A stretch of 64,000 nucleotides of DNA from Eledone cirrhosa (GCA_964016885.1 OZ024742.1:77500001-77564000), one strand, 5' to 3'; shown: positions 17,303 through 31,808, counted from the stretch's first letter. Notes: generated by a model from the sequence alone, not told the origin. Translations and numbers: made by a program.

Positions 17303-17424
17303 GTGAAGGCGTGTGGCTGAGTGGTTAGATAATTGGATTCGCAATCGTAAGGTTGTGAGTTCGATTCCTGGACCAGGCGGTGCGTTATGTCCTTGAGCAA
17401 GACACTTTATTTCACGTTGCTCCT
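17303..17424 (+). mobile_element. tRNA-derived SINE 5' part
   Basis: A box tggctgagtggtt, B box gagttcgattcc, then the CORE/V-like block tgtccttgagcaagacactt. Confidence 0.8.
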
Positions 17425-17523
17425 TCTACCTGGAGCTGCGACCGATATATAGTATTAGCAATTGGAAAGACCAACGGAAACATTGTTCCCTCGGTCCGAT
17501 TTGACGAAAGTCGATCCTTCCTC

Positions 17524-17582
17524 TATACATATATATATACATATATATATATACATATACATATATATACATATATATATAC

Positions 17583-17613
<31 letters not shown>

Positions 17614-17731
17614 CATATATATACATATATATATACATATATATATACATATATATATATATACATATATATACATATATATATACATATACATATATAT
17701 ACATATATATACATATATATATACATATATC

Positions 17732-17764
<33 letters not shown>

Positions 17765-17844
17765 TTACATATATATATACATATAAATATATATATATAT
17801 ACATATATATATACATATATATATATATATACATATATATATAC

Positions 17845-17876
<32 letters not shown>

Positions 17877-18008
17877 ATACATATATATATACATATATAT
17901 ATATATACATATATATATACAGATATAAATATGCATATATATATATATATGCATATATATATATATACATTTATATATAGAGACATATATATATATAGAC
18001 ATATATAC

Positions 18009-18063
<55 letters not shown>

Positions 18064-18088
18064 TATATACATATATATATATATACAC

Positions 18089-18135
<47 letters not shown>
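17524..18135. repeat. (TA)n/TACA compound microsatellite
   Basis: Direct inspection. Confidence 0.97.
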
Positions 18136-19917
18136 TCCAGAACAACTTAAACTAAATAAATACGCTTTAGCCTCGACGTTGACTCCCTCTACACTACAGT
18201 CCCCGCTTATCCAGCTGTCAATTTATTGACGGACTGCGTGGTCGCAGAGGACATCCACTGCTACGGCCTCCACCCGACGGACATACACCAGCTTTTGTCT
18301 TTCACAGTAGACAACACGTACTTCACCTTCCACCACCACCACACATACAGACAGACAACAGGATTATCCATGGGATCCAGCCTATCGGGCTTGCTGGCCA
18401 TCACCTACATGAACCAGCTAGAATGCCGAGCCCTCAACTCCTGCCATTCCCATACCTTCTTCAACCGATATGTAGATGACATACTCATCCTTACATCATC
18501 CCGTGAGGAGGCAGATAAAATATACACAACATTCTCCAGCATGGACGCCAGTATAAAGTTCAGCATGGAACACCCCGATGACCGCGGATCCCTATCCCTA
18601 CTGGACTTCCAACTCAGAGTAACAGAGGAAGGCAACATCCACACCTGCTTCTATAAAAAAGCCGCCAGCAGGGACCTGTTCGTACATTTCAGATCGGCCC
18701 TCCCACTCGGTGCCAAGTTCGGATACATAAGGAACGAACTGGCACGTATCCGGAACAAATGCACCGACGCTAGAGACCGAGACACACACACCACACATTT
18801 CCTAGAAGTACTCAAACTGAACGGATACATGACATCCACCACAAACCGTGCCAGAAAGAACAGAGGACACCACACCCGAGGCACTAACACTTGCTTCCTG
18901 AAGCTCCCCCACTTCAGGGAATAAACAACAACAGCCATCCGCAGAGCCATCAGATGAGAGGGACTGGATATCCAACTGGCCCACTCGGGTCCTTCTCTGC
19001 GCGGACGGCTGGCCAAGAGACACTCCACCAGGCATGACAACTGCTGCAGACTAGCCAACTGCCCCATCAACGACACAGACCTATGCCACCAGGCTTACGT
19101 CGTATACAGACTAGAGTGTGACAAATGCAACAACTTCTACGTAGGTAGCACCACCAGACCACTCCACATAAGAATAAAAGAAATACCTCAATACTAACGC
19201 TTCCTCATTTAAGAAACACCTAGTTATATGCAAAAACACAGACAAAACCATAACAGTTAGGATAGAAACTAAGGAAAGAAACCTCGGCAATCTTAGAATT
19301 AAGAAAACTAATTATAGATAAAACACAACCACCAATCAATAATAGACTAGAACTCAACACCTAATTTATAACCTGATAGGGCTTCTAGCCCCATATTTAC
19401 ACCCCCCCCACACACACACACACACGCTTACACCTCCACTTATTCTCTCTCACACATACACACACAAAACCAGTTCTAACACCAGATAACATTTATACCC
19501 CACATTTACGAATAGACTTATCTTCTCCAACTCACACACACACACTCACATACTTACACCTTTATGCATTCTCCCACACACTTATACAGGCATGTATATA
19601 AAATAAAATAAAAAAAAACCCTAAACAAACCTCTTTTAAAGGGAGACTACTCTCTATCCACCTAATTTTAACTCTTTGACATTAGAGATAGAACAGATAC
19701 TCTATACTATTTCCTGTCAGCATGGCTTGGCAAGATATTTAGAACGCTGGTTTGAGACCTTTAATTCCCTCTGAAGAAGAGATATTATCTCGAAAATTAA
19801 GGACATTTAAATAAATCTAAGCTAAAGGACGAATTGTCAACAATATCTTTTACAATTGCATTCTTTTTTCTATGTCCATACCTGCATTGTTACCAGCTTT
19901 ATTACACATATTCAAAC

Positions 19918-19920
<3 letters not shown>
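18136..19920 (+). mobile_element. 5'-truncated Penelope-like element (RT + GIY-YIG), decayed; pLTR hammerhead at 19768-19802
   Basis: RT motifs [28 protein letters not shown] and LSLLD. Endonuclease VVYRLECDKCNNFYVGSTTRPL at ~19098-19165. HHR-like cct CTGAAGA agagat att atctc GAAA atTA agg. Confidence 0.9.
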
Positions 19921-19978
<58 letters not shown>

Positions 19979-20053
19979 ACGAAGAAAATGTGGTAAGGAA
20001 CCAGGTGGACTATAACGCACCAAAGTACTCAATACTTATGGTAGTAGAGTGGG

Positions 20054-20117
<64 letters not shown>

Positions 20118-21971
20118 AGTTTAATATGGAAATCATCAGGGAAGCCGTTAAAACACCCAAGTGTTGGGCAAAGATGCATCAGAGGACAGAGACCAGTGGC
20201 CAGTGGTCAACAGAAAAACGATCCACATGGTGGTTGACAGGCAGATGGAATATAGGAAATATTGAAAAAAGAGTAGGAAAAAGAGAAGTGTGTTGGCTTA
20301 CAGATGTGACAGGAAGAAGAAATATAGAAAGGCGATTTACAAGACAAATTTTCACAGAGATATCTTAAATCTCTTCAGCTCTCAAACCAGCAAAACGGTT
20401 TCGCAATATTTAAATCGAAATGTGTAGTTTACGGTGTTAGTAAGAAAGTTATAGAACTGGCCTTTAATGGGTAGTAGGAACGAGAGGTGTGGTGCAAACT
20501 CAAGAAAATAGCAGAATGTTTTGAGGAAAGTTTTACTAGAGCGAGTGTAGGGAATCTCGCGTAAAGTTGTAAAAAGTGTAGATATGAATTGACTCTATAC
20601 TGGAAGACGTGTACGAAGTGGCTTGAACGTTGTAGTGTAAACTCTGATGTATCAGCTGAAGATGGAAATAAACGCTGAGGAATGAAGTGGTGTGAAGTTG
20701 TTTTCTTTGAAGATGCGCAAGGAAATGTTTAAAGACGGTAGTTCCGTAGAGGATGTAGTGGGTGCCGGATAATTTCCTTGTGATGGAGTTGATACGTGGG
20801 AGCGATCTCCAATGTGTGTAATGCGTGGTTGGGTTGGTCGGAAGAGGGGAGATGCGGGGTGCGCGCGCAACAGGAAGTGGTCAGAGGGTCAAGGCAGGAG
20901 GAGGGTTGTGTGTCTGTGTGTGCGGAGAGATGGTCATAGCAGCAGTAGGGGAGAATCGCACGTAGAGAAAGTCGGTGTGTCAGTGTGTGCGGAGGTGCGG
21001 TGGAGAGGGGAGAGGATGGGTAGGTGTGAAAGGTGGAGTGGGAGGAGGGTGTATTAGTAGAGGTGTTAGTGGGGTGTGTGTGTGAGAAGGGGTGTGGTTG
21101 GAGCGGGGAGCGGGAGGGGGAGAGAAAGCTGTGGGGGCCAGTGGAGGGAGTGCAGTGTACTGGTGTGTGTGTGCGTGTTTGGATGAGTGTGTGTGTGGTG
21201 AAGGGGGAGTTAGTGGGTGATGGAAGTGGATGTGTGGGTGAGGGTTAGTGGTGGAGTGGGGTGTGTGGTTAGTGTGAGTGCGTGTATATATGTACCGGTG
21301 TGTGTGTGAGTGATAAGGGGAGGGGGGAGAGAAGAAAGGATGTTAGTATTGTTAGTTGGGGAAGGGTGGTCGGGTGTTGGGTTAACCAACGCCCCACACA
21401 TACACACACACGCAGAACACTGTACTGAACTTGCTTGCGCGCGCGCACGTGTGTGTGTCTATGTGTGGGGCGTTCGTTAACACAATATTTCCAGTTTACA
21501 TCGTCAAATTGTGATTTGACCGACATAGCTTCTGTTGCTTTGTGAACTAATTTTCGATGAGTGCTGTGTTGGTACATTCTTATATTTGTTTTATTATATT
21601 TGTTTTTTCTCGGGCATCGCTTCGGTGTGTGTGTAACCACCCAAGCTAATTCTACGGGTTTAATACTGTATTGATGTGTTTATATATATGTATATATTTT
21701 TCTTTGACCTCGAGCCGATGTATGTAGGTGTGGAGTGTGTGTGTACCTACTCATTTTTAACTGTGACTGACTGTATCCCTACATATTTGATTGATGTCCA
21801 GCGTCTTTTGCAGCGATAGAAATCTGAAAACTTTGATGACCTCAACTAAAGCTAATAGCAGTCGCCATATCTCTGACTGACTGGTGTGTCTACATATGAG
21901 GGAATGAATTCTGTGAGAGAACATCGTTATTTTTTTGTCCCTCATATCAAGAATTTGAAGACAATTCATTT

Positions 21972-22045
21972 TCACCTGATGAGATCAGTGATAATCGATC
22001 ATGGCTCCACAGTCGATCTATCTCTTATTGAAACATGTGTCGTGA
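21972..22045 (+). ncRNA. Type I hammerhead ribozyme with extended stem II
   Basis: tcac CTGATGA gat...atcgat...gtcgat...att GAAA catgtg TC gtga; stem I extends to cattt/aaatg. Confidence 0.7.
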
Positions 22046-22227
22046 TTAAATGATTGGAATTTTACCTTGCCTCGGATTTTCATTTTGATACTTATACTCC
22101 GTTTTACATCATCTAGCTGTTCCCTCGAATGGAATTGGAGATATACAAAAGCGTGGAGAACTTAATATTGCTAACATAAAGTTATTGGACCATTTTACAC
22201 AACCAATAATGCACCTTACTATATAAC

Positions 22228-22286
<59 letters not shown>

Positions 22287-22289
22287 CAA

Positions 22290-23960
22290 ATGAATGAATT
22301 ACAATGAGTTACAAGCCGTTAAAACAAGTTATTTATATAAATCTTCCATAATGTTTCGCCCAGACGGGCTCCTCCGAGAAATGATTATTCATATAATGCC
22401 ATCAATAAATATAAATACCGTTGAGAATCTTTCCATTAGATTAACGTCTCCTTGCATGGTAGGTGAAAACATAATAATGGCATCGGTGAAAGGGGCATAA
22501 TCCACTAAGGGTGGCAAATGCACGGTGTAAGGCAGGAAAGTACCCTAGAATATTTAGTATATCCCAGCTAAAGGGATGATTTAGCAAGGTGAACCTAACT
22601 CAGTAGGTGATGGGCAGTGCTTAAGTAAAAATCAGGTGGCTGGTTAATAGCATCATTAAATACTGTACTAAGGCCTAATTACTGCAGGTGGACTAAATGG
22701 TGATGTACTGTATATATCTGTGGGGATAAGATGTTATTACTATTCTAGAGAACAGTTTTAGAACGAGTATTGTAGCCTGTGGTTGCAACTTATGACCATT
22801 TCAGCTCGACTATTAATGAGTTCATGGGGTGAGCTTACTATATAATATGTTTCCATTAGGCACAGCTGGCAATTTTTCCTAAAGTTGTAAGGCGTTGCTT
22901 GATCTACTATTCCCCATTGTGTTGTGTAGCTAATGTGAGATTTAGTTAATAGTGTAATATAATTAGCAAGGGAGGAGGAGAACCTGAGTTTTTTTCTTTC
23001 TAAAAGAGTGGAGATGCGATCTAAATCTAGTCTTGAACTCATTAGAAGTGGTGGCACCTGTCTAAGACCTAGTGCTATTTTTACTCGTCGCGGTGGATTT
23101 GTAGATTACATTTATAATCAAGCAGTGGCTCTGGAGCAGAGAGTTGTTGGGCTTTCAGCAATTGCAATGCTTTTTGTTGCTATTTCTAATGTGGTAAAGG
23201 CCGCTGCTTTCATTACTACTATCATTACCACTATCACCATTGTCATCATTATTGCCGTTGGCATTATTTAATATATAGTTTTGCAACACGGTGTTATTCG
23301 TGTTGTTCCTATTATGGCTCCCTCTACTGCTGTTGTTATCGATGCTATGTTTCCTATCCTGGTCACTAGTTCTACTATTAATGCTGCGGCTAGATTCTAT
23401 AATGTTGATATTGTTGATGTTATTATTATTACTATCATTATTATACTGGTTACTATTATGGCTATCGGTATTGTTATGGTTGTTAAGATTGCCAGGTATT
23501 CTAATGTTGGCATAACAAGATGGTTTGATTCTAGTGAGCTTCGTGTGGTTACTAAGTGCTATGAGATTGGCTAAGTTAGGTGCTGTAGAATAAGAGATTT
23601 TGACATTTTTCTTCTTAAGGATGTTATGGTATCTATGGTTAGGTGGGAAGTTTTTCTATAAGGCGTCGAAGAAGATTATAGGTAAGTTTGAGGCTACTCT
23701 TAGAGTAGGAGGGAATGCACCATATGATATTACGCCGGCGTTTCCGTGTTGCCGTTGGGCCGGTGTGGTCGTTCTTGCCATGGTGGGTGTTTCTACTGGG
23801 CCAGTTAGATAGCTGCCTTCTGCGAACACTGTTCTTGTTTGTCCTACACCCTGAGGGACAGACATGAGTTACTCTGTTTGTTGGTAGTTGTCCGTAAAAG
23901 GCCGTCTCCATTGTTATGCCTGCTCTGCTTGAACAAGCTACTAAATATTAAATCTTCTCT
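22290..23960 (-). mobile_element. Penelope-like element 3' fragment (linker + GIY-YIG C-terminus + pLTR remnant with degenerate HHR at 22340-22386)
   Basis: RKRRRNIIWCIPSYSK (ORF 23639-23911) and WGIVDQATPY...CQLCLMETYYI...INSRAEMVISCNHR (ORF 22758-23057), similar to ORF 50372-50572. Core CGGAGGA gccc gtct gggc GAAA. Confidence 0.8.
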
Positions 23961-24100
23961 AATATTTAACTATGCTAATCCATGCATTGAGCACACCTAG
24001 CTTCGATTATTGGCATTTAGTAATCTGTATCGCACTTCTCTGTATCTCTCTACTTCCTCCTTTCCTACGATACTTATATCCTATTATATATCTGTATATA

Positions 24101-24165
<65 letters not shown>

Positions 24166-24184
24166 ACGTGTGTGTCTGTGTGTG

Positions 24185-24215
<31 letters not shown>

Positions 24216-24268
24216 ACATATACATATATATATATATACATATACATATATATATACATATATATACA

Positions 24269-24304
<36 letters not shown>

Positions 24305-24309
<5 letters not shown>

Positions 24310-24565
24310 TTAATTATACTATTTATGGTTATGTAAATACAAAAAACCTTTGCAGTTATATATATTTTTATACAAACCCTAAATAGTGGTAGGCAGTAAT
24401 ATATTACTACCTTTTTACCAGTAAGTTAAGTAGCTCAATGTAAAAACATCAGATGATTTACAGAGCAGTTATATGAATTATAAGAATCAAAGAACTGTTC
24501 AAAACATTTTTATGCTTACATATGCTTACATTTTTATGTTTTGAACAGTTCTTTGATTCTTATAA

Positions 24566-24572
<7 letters not shown>
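24305..24572. repeat. TA-inserted element ending in a ~36-bp perfect hairpin (24471-24572); related to 55005-55605
   Basis: atatgaattataagaatcaaagaactgttcaaaacat pairs with atgttttgaacagttctttgattcttataattcatat. Confidence 0.8.
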
Positions 24573-24611
<39 letters not shown>

Positions 24612-24940
24612 GGAGGTGAGTTTTATTGTAGTACAATAAAGCAATGCAGATATCGGATAAGAAGCACTCTACAGTTTCTAGGCTCTCAATAAGAAACCAC
24701 CCTCGTAATTCCTCGTTCTTGCAGCGAAAAGTAATAAATAAATGAATACATACAAAATTCCTAACAGTCGATCAGTTCAGGCATACTGGATTCGGAACAA
24801 ACGAGTTTATCTCCTGGTTATAATTTCACAGGTGCCCTGGTGTGGCAAATAAAAAGAAACATATAATTTCACAGGTGCCCTAAGAAATATATGTAATAGT
24901 GATGTGGGTGTAGTTATGGCTACGGTCTTAATACATACAC

Positions 24941-25023
<83 letters not shown>

Positions 25024-25311
25024 AACAAATAACGAAACGAAATTAAATTTCGTTTCGCTTCTAACTCACTTTTGTATGACTGACGCTTAAACAATTAAGT
25101 CAAAGTGTACATCTACATATGTATACGGAAGTACTAGTATGCATATAAATACACACATGTATACATATGTACATATACCGAGTTTTTCACTAGACACTTT
25201 ACAGTGAGTGTCCAGCTAGTCTGTATGTAAACAAACAGACGAACCGGGTTTTAAAGTCATACGAGTTTTCAAGGAAACACACTTCCTCTATTCACCAGAG
25301 AGCCAGACAGG

Positions 25312-25355
25312 AATATTGGACTAGTTTCGATGTTATTACATCTCATCAGCAATAT
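25312..25355 (-). ncRNA. Type I hammerhead ribozyme
   Basis: Reverse complement reads atattg CTGATGA gatgt aata acatc GAAA ctag TC caatat. Confidence 0.88.
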
Positions 25356-25740
25356 ATACCCATCTTCCGGCTTCTCTGGAGAATTGTAAAAGCACATATC
25401 GTTATATGCTTTTTCTATGAAAATCAGTAGTGGGCAGACTAATTTGCATAGAACGTGAGTCATTGTACGCACCGGTTCAGCGGAAACGATAAAAACAAAT
25501 AACGAAACGAAATTAAATTTCGTTTCGCTTCTAACTCACTTTTGTATGACTGACGCTTAAACAATTAAGTCAAAGTGTACATCTACATATGTATACGGAA
25601 GTTTTTATCGTTTCCGCTGAACCGGTGCGTACAATGACTCACGTTCTATGCAAATTAGTCTGCCCACTACTGATTTTCATAGAAAAAGCATATAACGATA
25701 TGTGCTTTTACAATTCTCCAGAGAAGCCGGAAGATGGGTA

Positions 25741-25785
25741 AATATTGCTGATGAGATGTAATAACATCGAAACTAGTCCAATATT
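25741..25785 (+). ncRNA. Type I hammerhead ribozyme (canonical, GUC site)
   Basis: aatattg CTGATGA gatgt aata acatc GAAA ctag TC caatatt; perfect stems I and II. Confidence 0.9.
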
Positions 25786-26003
25786 CCTGCCTGGCTCTCT
25801 GGAGAATAGAGGAAGTGTGTTTCCTTGAAAACTCGTATGACTTTAAAACCCGGTTCGTCTGTTTGTTTACATACAGACTAGCTGGACACTCACTGTAAAG
25901 TGTCTAGTGAAAAACTCGGTACATGTACATATGTATACATGTGTGTATTTATATGCATACTAGTACTTCCGTATACATATGTAGATGTACACTTTGACTT
26001 AAT

Positions 26004-26042
<39 letters not shown>

Positions 26043-26078
26043 ATGTATGCGCGCGCGCGTGTGTGTGTGTGTGTGTGT

Positions 26079-26184
<106 letters not shown>

Positions 26185-27654
26185 TGTGAGAGAGAGAGAG
26201 AAATAATAAAGCGAACGACAAAGTACAATGTTAACCCTTGACAAAATAGGGCAAGAATCTTAACGTTTCGGAAACTAGTCCTATATTAAAAGATAGGATG
26301 AGAAATAAAAGTGGAAACAGAAAGATAGAAAAAAGGAAGCAACGGAGCAGGATAGATAAAAAAATCTTGCTGTCAACCATTTTGAAGATCTTTCGAAATA
26401 CACGAAACAAACAGATGTAAGTGTCTATATATATATAATAACAAAGAAGGTGTGGTAAGATACCAGGTGGACCATAACGCTCCTGAGTACTCGATACTTA
26501 GTGTTGTTGAGTGGGTAATATGAAAATATTCAGTGCCCCGACAGCTGAGCTCCGGCCGTTTCGACAACTAGATCCGAAGTAAGCCACCAGTATAAGAACG
26601 ACAATAATCTAGCTGAATTTATCAAGGGGTACATTCCATAAATGGTCATGCAGTCAAAGCAAAAAAAGCAAAAATATTCTAAGCAAAAATCCTTAAAAGT
26701 TTGTTGTTTTTCTGTCATGGGGAGTGGTAAATGATCTGGGATGTAGTATACATAGTTTATTACCTTCATGGCGGCGGAGCGGGCTAAACAGGCCGAAATA
26801 CAAGGGGCACGGGGTAAAAAAGCGGAGAGACCTCAGGATGCCCAAAGAGGGTAGCGTAGAGTGTTTATGTCAAGTTTGCCTTATCTAACACTTTGTTAAA
26901 AAGCCAAGCATTTATATTTTAGTAGTAATTCAGCTCCTGATAAAGAAATCTAGTTATCAATTACTCTGAGACCCAGGAGGGGCACCTCCTACACTAATTT
27001 ACTTGTTTAACGCCCCAAGAAGGGTGGATTCTTCTTTTTCTTCTTCTTCTTCTTCTTCTTCTTCTTCTTCTTTAGCTCATCACCTTAGTCATTGTCATCG
27101 TCATCACCAGCATCATTAAAAGCATCATTATTATTTTCATGTTGTACCATCGAAACATATCTAGTTCAAAGTTTTGTAAGTTATTTAATTATATCTGTAA
27201 ACAATTCCTGTTGAAGACTGATATGCTTGGAATTATGTTGTCAGCCAAGATTGTCAGTAACTAGAAAGGTATTGACATCTTAGAATACATTTCCTATCAA
27301 AAGAATATATAAACAAGTTTATAATGTCGCGTGGCCTGGTGAACTGACACATTTTACAGACATATCAAGAACACTGTTGACAGTTGAAGCAATAGGTGCA
27401 GTAATATGTGGCCATGATAGACGTAGTAGCCTCGGCGTGGAAGTATTCGTATCTGTCGCTAGTATCTTTGACTGTAAGAAGAGAAACAAATATATCGATA
27501 AGCAAGTCTGTCTCGCCGAAGAAAATTCGGAAAACTTTGTTGCGAAATAATAACGTTGGCTCAACAAATAAGTGGAAGATGGGAAATACCTTGCTTCATT
27601 GAGGTAGCGAGGATGGCAATGTCAACTTTACCAACAATGGAACAGAAATAATTA

Positions 27655-27842
27655 AATAATTGTTTCTACTTTAGGCACAAGGCCAGCAATTACCCAGTGC
27701 ATTACTGGTACTTTATGTTATCGACCCCGTAAGGATGAAAAGCAAAGTCAACCTCGGCGGGATTTGAACTCAGATCGTAAAGGGATGTAACTATGCTGGA
27801 AAGCATGGCGTCCGACCCTCTACCGATACTGCCAATCCACCA
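27655..27842 (-). mobile_element. SINE with Meta-domain-like core (copies also at 30755-30937 -, 31234-31410 +, 36940-37058 +, 44278-44381 -)
   Basis: Shared gagttcaaatcccgccgaggttRactttgcYtttcatccttacggggtcgataa...gtaccagt...ggccttgtgcc...gtagaaacaatt. Confidence 0.85.
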
Positions 27843-28139
27843 ATGAAATTCCTTAGCAGTTTAACACATAGGAACAAGAATTATAACATCATCAAAGCAA
27901 CAAAAAGCCTACACAAATCACTAAAATCTAGACTCTGATATCAAAGATAAAACAACATCGTGGACATGGCTTCAGCAAGGTGATTTGAAACGTGCCAGTG
28001 AAGGCCATGTCATTACAGCTCATGACCAAGCTCTTCTTACCAATTCGGTAAAATATAACATCTACAAAACCTCTGACACCCAGAAACGGAGTCTTTGTTA
28101 AAAAAATATGGAAAATATGGCCCACCTGGTAATTTGATA

Positions 28140-28645
28140 TGAGTGTTTTGCGCAAAAAATACAAGTCCCACCATATTAAAGTGCGTCTATACCTTCTTTG
28201 GGTTCTGTGTCGTAAATACCAATATGTAGCCATATATAATCGATCAGACCTTGAGCCTTGTACGATAATGCAGGCGGATGGGAAAGTAATGATATTATGG
28301 GATTATGACGTTCAAAGTGATTCAATAATTAAGCATCCCTAATGGGACATTGTCGTGTTGAACAAGATAAACAAATACTGCCAGATAATTGTCGCGGCCA
28401 TACCAAATGACACGAATATAGTGAGTAAGGTGAGTGAAAAAAATCACCAACGGTTCTGACAAGACTATTTGGAATGCAAAAGGGTAATGTGAAAGTGATA
28501 TCAGTTTAATCTGGGCATCAGTGTCAATTCCATTGAAATTTCACAACTTATTAAAGCGACTGCGAATAACACACAGGTTGAGTGTTATACAAATTGTGGA
28601 TTTGCTAGGTACTACACATATTTCAAGAAAGTATTACAACTTAGA
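28140..28645 (+). mobile_element. R4/Dong-like non-LTR retrotransposon, REL endonuclease fragment
   Basis: ILWDYDVQSDSIIKH.*WDIVVLNK...CQII..AIPNDTNI..K..EK; decayed. Confidence 0.7.
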
Positions 28646-28886
28646 GGTTCGTGTTGCGACTTGACTGATGACTAATTACTTCGGTGCATGATCCATCTGA
28701 ACTGCATGAGAAGAGCGAAGATAAGGAGCAGGAACGGAATATTAATATAATATTTACGCGCGTTTTGCGAACGCTCAGTTTAAGCTACGATAAGTAATGA
28801 TCATCGCTGACTCTGGAATCGATGGCTGATCAGACATGTGTGGTCAAACTTGTGAACCATTAGTTACTAAACGTTAAACACCAATA

Positions 28887-28951
<65 letters not shown>

Positions 28952-29557
28952 TTATTGTATGAATTATTATATGTATGTGAGTATACATATTCATGGCCTA
29001 GTTCTAACATGCTAAGCTGAAATGAAAAGCAATGGAGAATGAGGAATATGCTTTTCTATTTCATCGTTTAAGCTTAAGGCAGACACGTCATTTGTTACAT
29101 ATAAGCTTTGTTTATTCTTTGTTTAATGCATACAAAAACTTTAATTCGATGATAGTATTTATTAGTTTCACATTTCTATGACTTCCCAGTTGTATTCCTA
29201 CGTAAGTAGAGATAGTCGAATTGTTATTGTTCGTTATTTCGTCCTTACGTCGTCATATGTATTTCTATATCCGAATATAGAAATTGGATTATTAATAAAA
29301 GAAAATAAAAAAATGCTAATTAATGAACATACAGTATTAATAAGGAAGTCAAAAACAAGATAGCAATAACAGAGATAACTGCGTCATATACCTGTTATCG
29401 ATTCCTACATATGTATTTATATGTATATATTTTGATAGTCAGTATTTCTGAGGTTTCGCATATGCAGGCACTGTAATTTTCAATCTCGAAAATGGAAGAT
29501 AACACTAAATGTGCGACATGAAAATAGAAGTACACATGAAAACACACACACACACAT

Positions 29558-29617
<60 letters not shown>

Positions 29618-29760
29618 TATATATATATATATGCATATATATATAGAGAAAGAATTAGTATATCTACCAACATATGTATACAGATGTATACCCATGCTGG
29701 CAAATATATATGTTATGTCTTAGTACATTTGTGGTTCTATGCAGAGGGATGCAGAACAAT

Positions 29761-30367
29761 TATATGAAAGACGTAAAATAAGAAAATTTTAAAAATTAAA
29801 AATTAACTTACTTACTAAAATGTTCACTCCAACTAATTAGTTTCTGTAAGGGAATAAATATAGTTACGTAACATAACTATAGAGAAGTCCTTACGTCATC
29901 AGGGAGCCTATTCTCAGCTAAGTTCCAGGCATTGCGCGGACACTAGGAACCCATATAAAAATAATAATTCAGTGGATGGAATAAAGCTAGCGGGGACTAA
30001 ATTCCAAAGCACTGAAAAAATGCACTGCCTACTGGGTCAGTGGCAAATTCTAGAGAATCAATCACGTGACACTGAGGTTAATCAGTGAGGAGTGGGGTGG
30101 TATTATGACAAGAGCCTACTACTACCATGAATCACAGCTGTAAATGTTGGCAAGTTTTACTCAACAAATTTTTATTTTTATATGGGTTCCTAGTGTCCGC
30201 GCATTGCCTGGGAACTTAGCTGAGAATAGACTCCCACATGACGTAAGGAATTCTCTATAGTTATGTTACGTAACTATATTTATCCCCTTACAGAAACTAA
30301 TTAGTTGGAGTGAAAATTTTAGTAAGTAAGTTGATTTTTAATTTTTAAAATTTTCTTATTTTACGTC

Positions 30368-30376
<9 letters not shown>
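29761..30376. repeat. Fold-back element with ~200-bp arms, each carrying a hammerhead (intact on minus 29827-29906; mutated on plus 30231-30310)
   Basis: ctcc CTGATGA cgtaagg...ccttaca GAAA ctaattag TT ggag; the right-arm core reads CACATGA. Confidence 0.85.
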
Positions 30377-30432
<56 letters not shown>

Positions 30433-31635
30433 AATATATATATAATGTTTATATATATATATATTTGTGTGTCTACATACACACACACACACATATAATA
30501 CCTATAAATGTGTGTGTGAGTAGATGGAATTATATCTGGAATTTGTTTTATTAGTACTTTTGTCGAGTCGTTACATGACATGGCATACTGAATCATTAAA
30601 TAAGAAAAACATCCAAACATAAATACTTACACATACACACATATACCTGACTGGTGTTTGGAAAGTTATCTCCACAAGCTAGCTTTGAGATTTATGCTCT
30701 TTTCTCCCAAATAAATTATTTTCATTGTAGTGTGGAATGTGGAGAGATATAATATTATTTCTGCTTTTAGGCACAAGGCCAGCAATTACCGCAGTGCATT
30801 ACTGGTGCTTTATTATACTGGTGCTTTATTATAACGACTCTGTATGGATAAAAAGCAAAGTTAACCTCGGCGGTATTTGTACTCAGATGCAAACATATAT
30901 AACTCTATGCTGTCCGAGACTCTACCGGTACTGCCAAGGCACGGCATGTGGAAAGATACAATATCTTACCCTTACCTTGTACAAACTAAAATAAAACATA
31001 AAAATTCCGCACATTCAACATTCGCCTACGCTAAATAGTATAACAAGCTCTAATAAGAGGTTACCCCTCCATCCCTGTTTATGATTACACAATTATATTA
31101 TGCGGCAAAATGCTGAGCGATTTATATTTAGATCGCAGAAAACATTATTTATGTAATATAAGTAATACGCATATCTGATATATACGTTGAAACAGCTGCC
31201 TCGTGCTAATCGGAGGAAATCATTTCCTTCGAATGGCAGTATCGGTAGAGCGTCAGACACTAAGCTTTGCAGCATAGAGTTATGGCCCATTTACGTTCTG
31301 AGTTCAAATCCCGCCGAGATTAACTTTTCCTTTCATCCTTACGAGGTCTATAAAATAAAGCACCGGTATAACATTGGGATAATTGGTTGCCTTGTGCCCA
31401 AAGGAGAAACTATTATATATAGATATGCTAACTGTTATAAAATTGCGAATCTTGAATGTCTAGTCATAACCCTCACTATGCCGACTGCATACATACATAA
31501 ATATATACATACTTATCATGATATACTAGGAATCAACAACTCCTGTTGTCACCGTAGGCGATATATGGCATGCCATGAGCAATGAAAGATTGTGTAGTCC
31601 ATACCTCTCCAATATATATATATATATATATATAA

Positions 31636-31699
<64 letters not shown>

Positions 31700-31761
31700 C
31701 ATGAGGGGGTTTGTGTATGTGCGTGTGAATGTAAACGTGTGTATATGCGTGTATCAATGTA

Positions 31762-31808
<47 letters not shown>

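Larger units (their letters stand above)
25023..26003. mobile_element. Retrozyme-like 470-bp unit: 1.2 copies on minus plus an inverted copy on plus
   Basis: Direct repeat at 25023/25493; 25601-26003 is the reverse complement of ~25095-25496; homologous to the 422-bp unit. Confidence 0.85.

Noticed and set aside
17303-17380. tRNA gene
   Set aside because: It has A/B boxes but no complete cloverleaf and continues into SINE core sequence.
20117-20385. Minus-strand CTGATGA (truncated) and CTGAAGA...GAAA
   Set aside because: The first is cut off by the TA tract and the second lacks a convincing stem I.
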